Assembly (NCBI GenBank): GCA_030706405.1
Contig: JAUZOO010000005.1
Coordinates: 312,376 to 376,375 of the forward strand
Length of the DNA stretch: 64,000 bases
From: Bacteroidota bacterium
Lineage (GTDB): Bacteria > Bacteroidota > Bacteroidia > Bacteroidales > JAAUTT01
Reading direction: 5' to 3'
The translations under genes were made by a program, and so were the position numbers. Of this stretch, positions 39,328 to 46,209 are shown piece after piece. How positions within the stretch are numbered: the stretch's first letter is position 1; each line of letters begins with the position of its first letter. The notes under the pieces were generated by a model. That model was given only the letters and a program-made list of their open reading frames with translations. It did not search any database and was not told the DNA's origin.

Positions 39328-39404
39328 CCCTGTTAACCCGAGGCTATAAAATAGGAGTTCGGTGGATGGTTCTACCTTAGCCGAACGAAGAGACCTCGAG
39401 TTTT
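39328..39404 (+). repeat. 77-nt direct repeat, copy A (box CCCTGTTAACCCGAGGCTATAAAATAGG plus a GTTCGG..CCGAAC hairpin)
   Basis: It starts at the first base after the GH3 stop codon (TAG at 39325-39327). It is 76/77 identical to 41383-41459; the single difference is ACCTTAGCC versus ACCTAAGCC. Confidence 0.9.
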
Positions 39405-39551
39405 CTCAAAAACGATCCGTAACCACAAACTATGCACCATTGTTTTCAAAAACAGGTATCATAACCTTTCAATATAAGCCGCATAACTGATAAAGTCAAC
39501 AACACCGGGTTACAAACAAACCTCTTGAACTTCAACATAGGCTGGATATAG

Positions 39552-39662
39552 TAGCGAAGTGAGTATCTTAAACTAGCGAAGTGCACCACGTATACTATCG
39601 AAGTGAGCATCTTATACCATCGAAGTAGACCTCGGAGAACACCGAAATGACCTTATAGAAAG
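39552..39662 (+). repeat. tandem array of about five 22-bp units
   Basis: The units are TAGCGAAGTGAGTATCTTAAAC (39552-39573), TAGCGAAGTGCACCACGTATAC (39574-39595) and TATCGAAGTGAGCATCTTATAC (39596-39617). They are followed by CATCGAAGTAGACCTCGGAGAAC (39618-39640) and a degenerate ACCGAAATGACCTTATAGAAAG (39641-39662). The period is not a multiple of 3 and the units carry stop codons. Confidence 0.85.
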
Positions 39663-39744
39663 AAATAATCCCCGCTAACCCGAGGCTACAGCATAAGCAG
39701 AAAACTTTTTAACCTATGGCTAAACAATAATAGCTCATAATGTT

Positions 39745-39752
39745 TACATTTG
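39745..39752 (+). promoter_or_regulatory. possible Bacteroidota -7 promoter box (TAnnTTTG) upstream of the TIR-like gene
   Basis: TACATTTG fits the TAnnTTTG consensus and lies 155 nt upstream of the ATG at 39907. No clear -33 TTTG was found. A match this short is expected by chance about once per 4 kb per strand. Confidence 0.25.
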
Positions 39753-39906
39753 GTCGTAACTAAAAACTAACGGTTAATGCAACATCGGTTATATATGGTG
39801 GCTAACGATTACGGGTTAGGGATTCATTTTGCTGCGGATGTAATAGAGATATGCGCAATGCGTATGTACAGATGTTGTTTGTAATTACATATCATTCATA
39901 AGCACT

Positions 39907-41217
39907 ATGAACCATACAATTTTTTTTTCTTGGCAATCCGACTTAGAAAACAAATACAATCGTTCTTTTATTCAAGATGTACTCGAGAAAGCATCAAAAG
40001 CATTTTCAAAAGATAAAAATTTTTCAATAAATGCTGTAATAGATAGAGATACTTATGGTTTGGCTGGAAGTCCCTCCATTGTTGAATCAATAACTGATAA
40101 AATTGCGAAATCAGATGTTTTTATTTGTGATATATCAATAATAAATGCATCATCCAATGAAAGACCAATGCCAAACCCAAATGTCTTGTACGAATTAGGT
40201 TTCGCATCAGCAATTTTAGGTTGGGAAAGAATTATTCTAATACAAAACACTGCATATGGAAATGTGGAATTATTACCTTTCGACCTTCGTGGTAGAAGAA
40301 TTCTTCAATATAAATTAGACCAAACAATTAATAATAAATCTGAGGAAAAAAATAAATTAAAACAAACGTTAATAGAAATACTAAAACATGCATTAAGACA
40401 TTATAAATCAGATTATATTTCTAAAGAAAAAATTGTATGGTGGGGCAAATGGAATATCGAATCTAAAACAAAAGTCCGTGGAGGACAACTACACATTAGT
40501 AGAGTTTCATCTGATGCTTTTTTCTTCAACATTAAAATATTTGATGGTGCGCGTTCCGGTGATATTAGTGGAAAAGCACAAATTATCACACCAAATTCAG
40601 CATATGCAAGAATTAATAATATTGATAATAATTATTGCGAAATTATTTTTAGGAGGAGGTTAGAAGATGGCAATTGGTGGATTAATGTCGAAGAAAATGA
40701 ATTTTGTCGTAATTTTTGTGGTTTGAGTGCAACATTTGAAGGTTCTTATAAGCACGAAACAGAATTAGCTATTAACAATGGTTATTTAGATGAAATTGAT
40801 CTTAATGAAATTGAACGAATAGCAGGGAAGTACCTTCAACCATTCTTAAATAATTTTCAACAAATAAATTACTATACTGAGAATGATTATACAATATTAA
40901 TAGGAGGAGTAAAAGGGTTATATACAATAATGGAATCTATTGTCGTATTTAATAATTGGGGGTTAATTTGGTGCGCATTCCTCGATCCAAACGAAGATGA
41001 TGTTGTTGTACGATATTTTTCTAATATAATAAGTAAAGATTTGGAAAAACCTAAAGCGATAAAAGAATGGTTGTCAAATTTTTCAGACAAACCTTTATTT
41101 GAAAATGAAAACAATCAACAATATGATGCTTTTGAATTGTCCCCATTAACCCCGTTAACACGAGGCTATAAAATAAGAGTTCAGCGAACGGTTCTACCTC
41201 CGCCGAACTTATTATAA
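39907..41217 (+). CDS. TIR-like / nucleoside 2-deoxyribosyltransferase-like N-terminal domain protein with an uncharacterised C-terminal domain (candidate defence effector)
   Basis: 436-aa ORF. The N-terminus reads MNHTIFFSWQSDLENKYNRSFIQDVLEKA...SDVFICDISIIN...PNPNVLYELGFASAILGWERIILIQN, with Glu96 at 40192-40194. This fits the recalled pattern of prokaryotic TIR-like (COG4271/PF10137-type) domains. Residues about 170-436 are unrecognised. The gene is strongly AT-rich and has its own terminator. The last ~22 codons are derived from a copy of the flanking repeat box. Confidence 0.6.
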   Translation: MNHTIFFSWQSDLENKYNRSFIQDVLEKASKAFSKDKNFSINAVIDRDTYGLAGSPSIVESITDKIAKSDVFICDISIINASSNERPMPNPNVLYELGFASAILGWERIILIQNTAYGNVELLPFDLRGRRILQYKLDQTINNKSEEKNKLKQTLIEILKHALRHYKSDYISKEKIVWWGKWNIESKTKVRGGQLHISRVSSDAFFFNIKIFDGARSGDISGKAQIITPNSAYARINNIDNNYCEIIFRRRLEDGNWWINVEENEFCRNFCGLSATFEGSYKHETELAINNGYLDEIDLNEIERIAGKYLQPFLNNFQQINYYTENDYTILIGGVKGLYTIMESIVVFNNWGLIWCAFLDPNEDDVVVRYFSNIISKDLEKPKAIKEWLSNFSDKPLFENENNQQYDAFELSPLTPLTRGYKIRVQRTVLPPPNLL

Positions 41218-41236
41218 CAGACTATAGTCTGTTTTT
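41217..41236 (+). terminator. Rho-independent terminator of the TIR-like gene
   Basis: ACAGAC-TATA-GTCTGT (41217-41232) overlaps the stop codon and is followed by TTTTT (41232-41236). Confidence 0.7.
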
Positions 41237-41285
41237 AAAAAACGGCTTAAGCAAAGCTAAAGCTAACGAGAGGAGGCCTCCTCCC

Positions 41286-41459
41286 CCGCTAAGCTTAATG
41301 TTTGGAGCTGCTAAGCGGTCAATTATATTGCCGCTTGGAACATGGCCGAATTTGCAATTCGGTATTTAAACCAACAATAACTCCCTGTTAACCCGAGGCT
41401 ATAAAATAGGAGTTCGGTGGATGGTTCTACCTAAGCCGAACGAAGAGACCTCGAGTTTT
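41286..41459 (+). repeat. composite repeat module D (about 95-nt leader module plus the 77-nt box)
   Basis: 41318-41380 is 63/63 identical to 42257-42319 and contains the CCGAATT-TGC-AATTCGG hairpin. 41383-41459 is 76/77 identical to 39328-39404. Confidence 0.9.
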
Positions 41460-41528
41460 TCCCAAAACGGTTCTTTACTTTTAAACTGCTTGGGAAAATA
41501 TTTTGATTTAACGTTAATTTAGTTTTTC

Positions 41529-41584
41529 GAATAATAGCTAGTGCCTCGTTCCGCTAAGCTCCATTTCTGCACTAGCTATTATTC
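41529..41584. repeat. perfect 16-bp inverted repeat (stem-loop)
   Basis: GAATAATAGCTAGTGC (41529-41544) pairs with GCACTAGCTATTATTC (41569-41584). The 24-nt loop contains CCGCTAAGCT, the motif that also opens repeat modules D and E. Confidence 0.85.
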
Positions 41585-41710
41585 CTTTAAATCCTGTTTG
41601 CACAATCTTCTTTATACGCCCTCTTTATACTACCATTTTTAACGGCTCTCGGATAATCAATAGCATCTCTTGAGTGATCAGAGGCATCTCTTGAGTTAAA
41701 AAAGTTTCAT

Positions 41711-41878
41711 TGCTAACCAACAATGCCGTATTGCTAACCTGCAATATGGCATTGTTGGTTAGCATAAGCGTATTGTAGGTTTACAATGCCGCTTCGTAAA
41801 CCTACAATAGAGCTCTGTATGTCTACAATTTTGCTCCGCAAACCTGCAATGCCGTTTCGCAAACCTACAATTTTGCTC
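41711..41878. repeat. iteron-like array: eight contiguous 21-bp units with the core motif AAACCT(A/G)CAAT
   Basis: The units start at 41711, 41732, 41753, 41774, 41795, 41816, 41837 and 41858. The core is direct in six units and inverted in units 3 and 4. A perfect 17-bp IR lies at 41711-41727/41748-41764 and an 11-bp IR at 41774-41784/41796-41806. Confidence 0.85.
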
Positions 41879-42224
41879 CGCATGACTTGTCCTAAATTAG
41901 CTTGACAGATTATTACTGTTTTTATAGAAGAGATAACAAACATAATTTATAATCCTGTTATCTCCAACTGTGTTTTATTTAATACGGATTTAATCAACCG
42001 TCTTATTAGCAAACTGCTGATTATGCCTGCAAAATTTAACCTTTTTGCTGACCAGAACCACAGTTTTTCACCTAATTCCTGAATTCTTATACACTTCTTT
42101 TTTTAATACTTTTTCTGAGGACATTGCTTTTGTTATGCGCTGTTTTGCCAGACAGATCATTTGATGCAAGGATTTTACCTAAAATACTACCCGAGGTACA
42201 ACGGCAGAGATTTTGGATAAAACC

Positions 42225-42383
42225 CTGCTAAGCTTAATATTCGATGCAGTTAAGCTGTCAATTATATTGCCGCTTGGAACATGGCCGAATTTGCAATTCG
42301 GTATTTAAACCAACAATAAAGCCCCCGTTAACCAGAGGCTATAAAATAATCGTTCGGCTGAGGCAGAGTCCATAGCCGAACGA
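42225..42383 (+). repeat. composite repeat module E (diverged copy of module D)
   Basis: 42257-42319 is identical to 41318-41380. It is followed by CCCCCGTTAACCAGAGGCTATAAAATAA and a perfect 10-bp hairpin, TCGTTCGGCT..AGCCGAACGA (42350-42383). Confidence 0.85.
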
Positions 42384-42479
42384 TTATCAAAACGCACAAA
42401 AAAGTATTTCCTCACAATAACACAACTCACCAGTTGTTTTCCCAGCTAACCTTAGCTTTAATTTTGTAAACAAATTAGT

Positions 42480-44837
42480 TTACATCACCAGTAAATTATT
42501 TTCACCTTTTAATTTGTACGTTATTCCCTTCCAGATAAATATTCCCGTTGTATTTTGAGGAATACTAATGTTGATGTTCCATTTGTTATGTTTTAAGACA
42601 TAGCTTACACTAATCTTTCCATTTGGGTGCGGTATCTCGCCGCTAATTTTAGTCAATTTGCCTAAATGTGGTTCAATCTTTATTTTACTAAATCCCGGCG
42701 AATAACTATCGATACCTAACACCGTTCTGAAAAGCTCTACATTAGGGCCGCTCGCCCATGCGTGGCAATCGGAGCGTGTGGTATTGAGGTTTGGTTCCTC
42801 TGCCCAGGTAGTCAGGCCTATCTTTAAGCTTTCGCGCCATGGGTTTAACCAGTTCATATAATCGTCACCTAACCCGCCTTTTATCAGAGCCTGATGCAAA
42901 TAATAGCTAAAATACATACTGCATTTCGTCAGGCTACTGTCGTTGATAAGGCGTTTACTGAATGCCAGCTTATTCTCATCACTTACCACACCTGTGAGCA
43001 ATGCAAGTGCATTACAATGCTGCGAAAATGTTGTTCGTTCCCTGGTGTCGGCGTAAAGCCCTTTTGCTTCGTCCCAATATTTTTTACGAATAGTTTGCTT
43101 TAACTGATCCGCTTTTTTACGATAAAGGTCGGCATATACGGATAACCCGGACTGAGTTTCCATCTCAGCAGCCCATTCATATCCCCAAAGCAAGTGCATG
43201 TCGATAAGAGCCGATTCCCCATCGGCGCTTTTTGGCGGCGAACCAAAGTCCCAACCCTTAGCATCTGCCCAGTCAACAAAATTCCAGTACGGTGTGTTGT
43301 GCAACGAACCATCCGCTTGCTGGTATTTACTAAAAAAGCCGAGAATCGCTCTTACACTGGTCAGTTTGTCTTTGATGAACGAGGTGTCGTTCCGGTACAT
43401 CCAGTAATCGTGTAACATTCCGATGTAAAGCAATGAGAATGTAGGTATAATCTGTGTGGATTGGGTGGGGTAACGGCTGAGGGTAACACCTTCTGGTAGG
43501 CGCGATTCGTCTATTTGTTCGAGTGCATTGCGCGTCAAACGGTTGTCACTACTGTAAAAATAGCTGATCATCGCCTGTATGCGGGCATCGCCAATATATT
43601 GCAGCCGCTCATAATACTGACCTGTAAAATAATTGTCGTATGCGTTAAGTCTTGCCGTGCGCCATCCTGTATTTAATATTTCCGGTATCTCATTATTGTC
43701 CGAATTAAATGCAGCCTCTGCTTTGAACGGATATGCCGTAAAGGTTCCATATAGGCTATCAATAACCAAAGGCTCATTTGAGGTTTGCACTAGCAGCTGC
43801 ACATACCGGAAAGTACGAAAATTGAAAGAAGTATATGACTGTCCGGGTTGACCATTGGACGTAATGCTGTCCTTGAGTCCCCTGAATTCCATTCCCTCAA
43901 CCTCGTTGCGGTTACCTTTTCGCTTGAAATTGCTACCTTTTTCATAAAGAGCCTCGGCATAACCTAAGGATAGTCCGGCTCCCTTTCCGCCGCTGAACGT
44001 TATTGTCGGATATGCATTGGTCTCATGGGTTTGATCCAATAGAATGACAACTTTTTTATTTGCAGATATGGTCAATGGCAATTTGAGTGCTGAAAAACTA
44101 TCCATTCCTTGCACCTTTCGTACAACCGTGATGGGTTGGTAGGTCATTTCCATGGGAGGCAATGGCGATGGAACCAGCATATAGCCAAAGCCATCAGATA
44201 ATCCCTTTGGTTGACCACCCCAAAGATTTACTGCATTAGGCCACGAATTTTCGTCAACCTCTGACGAATTCCAATTGCTGACCGTTTTGTTCATATCAAC
44301 AAATTGTCCGTTAATGGAGGCAAAGTATCCAAAAATTGGAGAAAAGGCCTTATCCTCTACGCACTTCCAGGTATTATCGGTATTCAGAATCTCCTCTACT
44401 GAAGTGTTGCCTTGGATTATAAAACTTGTCCGAAGACTAACCTGGTATTCGGGACGGTATTCCGCTTCATTCCATACCATCGCCACCACCGTGTTTTTAC
44501 CAGCTGCAAGTAAACCGGAAATGTCAACCGTTTCATAATGCCAATAATGAAGATCACCCCGTGAAGGGCCTATCGATGCCAGTTTGCCATTGACATATAG
44601 TTTATAATGATTATCCGCCGATACGTGAATAATGAATTTAGACGGTTTGTCCTTAAGCTGTATGCTTTTGCGGAAATAATAAACGCCATAACTTGTACCT
44701 CGGTCAAAAGCTCTGTTAAATCCTATCCATTGCGCATTCCAAAGTCTGTTAGTGCGAAGTGTGTCAGTAATCTGACCGTAACTGTTTCCGGTCAAAAACC
44801 AACAAATAATTGATAAAATCAGAAAGTGCTTTTTCAT
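42480..44837 (-). CDS. alpha-L-rhamnosidase-like glycoside hydrolase (GH78-like six-hairpin enzyme)
   Basis: 785-aa ORF with a signal peptide. The N-terminal WNAQWIG...FIIHVSADNHYKLYVNGKLASIGP and the central YFTGQYYERLQYIGDARIQ / DCHAWASGP resemble Bac_rhamnosidase N and six-hairpin domains. The assignment is from memory. Confidence 0.6.
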   Translation of the reverse strand: MKKHFLILSIICWFLTGNSYGQITDTLRTNRLWNAQWIGFNRAFDRGTSYGVYYFRKSIQLKDKPSKFIIHVSADNHYKLYVNGKLASIGPSRGDLHYWHYETVDISGLLAAGKNTVVAMVWNEAEYRPEYQVSLRTSFIIQGNTSVEEILNTDNTWKCVEDKAFSPIFGYFASINGQFVDMNKTVSNWNSSEVDENSWPNAVNLWGGQPKGLSDGFGYMLVPSPLPPMEMTYQPITVVRKVQGMDSFSALKLPLTISANKKVVILLDQTHETNAYPTITFSGGKGAGLSLGYAEALYEKGSNFKRKGNRNEVEGMEFRGLKDSITSNGQPGQSYTSFNFRTFRYVQLLVQTSNEPLVIDSLYGTFTAYPFKAEAAFNSDNNEIPEILNTGWRTARLNAYDNYFTGQYYERLQYIGDARIQAMISYFYSSDNRLTRNALEQIDESRLPEGVTLSRYPTQSTQIIPTFSLLYIGMLHDYWMYRNDTSFIKDKLTSVRAILGFFSKYQQADGSLHNTPYWNFVDWADAKGWDFGSPPKSADGESALIDMHLLWGYEWAAEMETQSGLSVYADLYRKKADQLKQTIRKKYWDEAKGLYADTRERTTFSQHCNALALLTGVVSDENKLAFSKRLINDSSLTKCSMYFSYYLHQALIKGGLGDDYMNWLNPWRESLKIGLTTWAEEPNLNTTRSDCHAWASGPNVELFRTVLGIDSYSPGFSKIKIEPHLGKLTKISGEIPHPNGKISVSYVLKHNKWNINISIPQNTTGIFIWKGITYKLKGENNLLVM

Positions 44838-45064
44838 AATGTATTAATAAATTTAGTGGAATTGATAATGTCCACGATTAGATCTTTTATAAAATAACAA
44901 CCTCAAATTAATCAACAATGAGTTTGCCAATTATTTAGACAAAACTATTATACTTTCAACGGCAAAGCGAACAGTTTTTGACATATCAGGTATACTTTTT
45001 GCCTGTTCCTGTGGGATTTGAAAATATGAACTATATTTAACTTTTGCGTACAACATACTAATCT

Positions 45065-45961
45065 ATGCTCAACTTTTACAAATATCTGCCGGTATCTAAT
45101 GAGGACCAGGACTGGGGCTTGCAGCTGTTACACGCCGGCTATCATGAATATAAGCCCGGACATGAATATCCCGATGCAGATCATCCTTCACATCACCGCT
45201 TTGATTGGCAGAAAGGCAGGATACTTCAGGAATATTCATTAGTCTATATTACCAGCGGGAAGGGCACTTACCATTCGCAACAAACCGGTACGCTACCCAT
45301 TGAAGGGGGCTCAGTCATTATGGTATTCCCAAATGAACTGCACACCTATTACCCCGACCCTGATACCGGTTGGACGGAATACTGGATAGGTTTTAACGGC
45401 CCGAACATGACCAGATTAGTTCAAAAAGCCATATTTAGCCCGCTGAAGCCGGTCTTTAACATTGGCTATAATGAACCTATGGTTAATCTTTTTATGGAAG
45501 TATTGGATGCGATCAAAAAGGAAAAGCCTGGTTACCAGCCACTGGTTTGCGGTGCGGCAATGTACATATTGGGAAAACTGCACAGTTTGGCAAAACAACA
45601 AATTTTCCAGGCAGGTGACGAAGAAAATATTGTAAATCAAGCGCGGATGCTCATCAGATCAAACCTCGAAGCTGGCATTTCGCCCCAAGATATTGCCGAT
45701 CAACTCAAAATTAGTTACTCTCGTTTTCGGAAATTGTTCAAGGAATATACCGGAATGGCTCCTATACAGTACCACATTCAACTTAAATTAGAAAAAGCCA
45801 AAGAAGAATTGGTCAACACCACCAAATCCATTAAGGAAATCGCCTTCGACCTTAACTTCGAATCAAGTCAGTACTTTTCGAGCCAATTTAAAGAAAAGAC
45901 GAATCTAACACCGATTGAGTTTAGAAAAACTTTTGCCGTGCATTTACGCGAAGGTTTCTGA
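45065..45961 (+). CDS. AraC-family transcriptional regulator (cupin sensor plus HTH)
   Basis: 298-aa ORF. The C-terminal double HTH reads ISYSRFRKLFKEYTGMAPIQYHIQLKLEKAKEEL...IAFDLNFESSQYFSSQFKEKTNLTPIEFR. It is divergently arranged with the GH78-like gene. Confidence 0.85.
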   Translation: MLNFYKYLPVSNEDQDWGLQLLHAGYHEYKPGHEYPDADHPSHHRFDWQKGRILQEYSLVYITSGKGTYHSQQTGTLPIEGGSVIMVFPNELHTYYPDPDTGWTEYWIGFNGPNMTRLVQKAIFSPLKPVFNIGYNEPMVNLFMEVLDAIKKEKPGYQPLVCGAAMYILGKLHSLAKQQIFQAGDEENIVNQARMLIRSNLEAGISPQDIADQLKISYSRFRKLFKEYTGMAPIQYHIQLKLEKAKEELVNTTKSIKEIAFDLNFESSQYFSSQFKEKTNLTPIEFRKTFAVHLREGF

Positions 45962-46022
45962 AGCCCATTTTTTTGGGGGTGATGCATAAACACCAAAAAA
46001 GGAAAAACAAAAATTAGCATCT

Positions 46023-46056
46023 AAAAACGCAAAAAGCCCAGCAAACGCTGAGCTTT
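46023..46056 (-). terminator. Rho-independent terminator downstream of tRNA-Leu
   Basis: On the minus strand AAAGCTCAGC-GTTT-GCTGGGCTTT (one mismatch) is followed by TTGCGTTTTT. Confidence 0.6.
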
Positions 46057-46059
46057 CTG

Positions 46060-46143
46060 TACCCGGAGCGGGACTTGAACCCGCACAACCGCAATGGTCA
46101 CGGGATTTTAAGTCCCGCGTGTCTACCATTCCACCATCCGGGC
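46060..46143 (-). tRNA. tRNA-Leu (anticodon TAA)
   Basis: The reverse complement is GCCCGGATGGTGGAATGGTAGACACGCGGGACTTAAAATCCCGTGACCATTGCGGTTGTGCGGGTTCAAGTCCCGCTCCGGGTA. It folds as a cloverleaf with anticodon stem CGGGA/TCCCG and loop CTTAAAA. It also has a long variable arm, the T-loop TTCAAGT and discriminator A. Confidence 0.9.
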
Positions 46144-46172
46144 GGAAATATATACGAATATATAAATTTCTT

Positions 46173-46206
46173 TTAAAAAAAAGAGGACAATCTTACTTGT
46201 CCTCTT
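46173..46206 (-). terminator. Rho-independent terminator downstream of tRNA-Gly
   Basis: On the minus strand AAGAGGACAA-GTAAGA-TTGTCCTCTT (a perfect 10-bp stem) is followed by a run of T. Confidence 0.8.
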
Positions 46207-46209
46207 CTG

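Larger units (their letters stand above)
39328..42383. mobile_element. repeat-bounded accessory insertion (candidate non-autonomous cassette) carrying one TIR-like gene and two phased repeat arrays
   Basis: It is bounded and subdivided by copies of one repeat box (39328-39404, 41383-41459, 42322-42383). The internal gene is strongly AT-rich relative to both flanks. About 1.8 kb of the 3.1 kb has no ORF of 60 aa or more. No transposase or integrase is visible, so mobility is inferred only. Confidence 0.35.

Noticed and set aside
39795-39884. 29-codon upstream ORF (MVANDYGLGIHFAADVIEICAMRMYRCCL) ending 22 nt before the TIR-like gene
   Set aside because: It is too short to evaluate, overlaps the right arm of the inverted repeat, and I have no conservation evidence. 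It could be a leader peptide or small partner, but that is unsupported.
39552-41899. The two short-period repeat arrays as a CRISPR locus
   Set aside because: The units are contiguous (21-22 bp) with no interspersed unique spacers, are too short for CRISPR repeats, and no cas genes are present.
41734-41943. 69-aa minus-strand ORF ending in a heptad repeat (LRSKIVG LRNGIAG LRSKIVD IQSSIVG LRSGIVN LQYAYAN QQCHIAG)
   Set aside because: The heptads are simply the 21-bp DNA repeat read in frame. The array continues past the ORF stop and includes inverted units. There is no signal or recognisable N-terminal domain. I treat it as a reading-frame artefact, though a decayed repeat-protein gene cannot be fully excluded (see the 21-bp array finding).
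41284-42319. Modules D and E as a diversity-generating retroelement TR/VR pair
   Set aside because: The mismatches between the copies are not adenine-specific, neither copy lies at the 3' end of a target ORF, and no reverse transcriptase is present.
39328-42383. The repeat boxes as integron attC sites (a CALIN-like cassette array)
   Set aside because: The cassette-like layout is suggestive. However, the GTTAACC core does not fit GTTRRRY, I could not find a matching RYYYAAC inverse core at the expected spacing, and no intI gene is present. I left it as an open question inside the modular-repeat finding rather than making a call.
39328-42479. A retron (NDT/TIR-like effector plus structured ncRNA)
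   Set aside because: No reverse transcriptase ORF exists anywhere in or near the island. The inverted repeats alone are not sufficient evidence.
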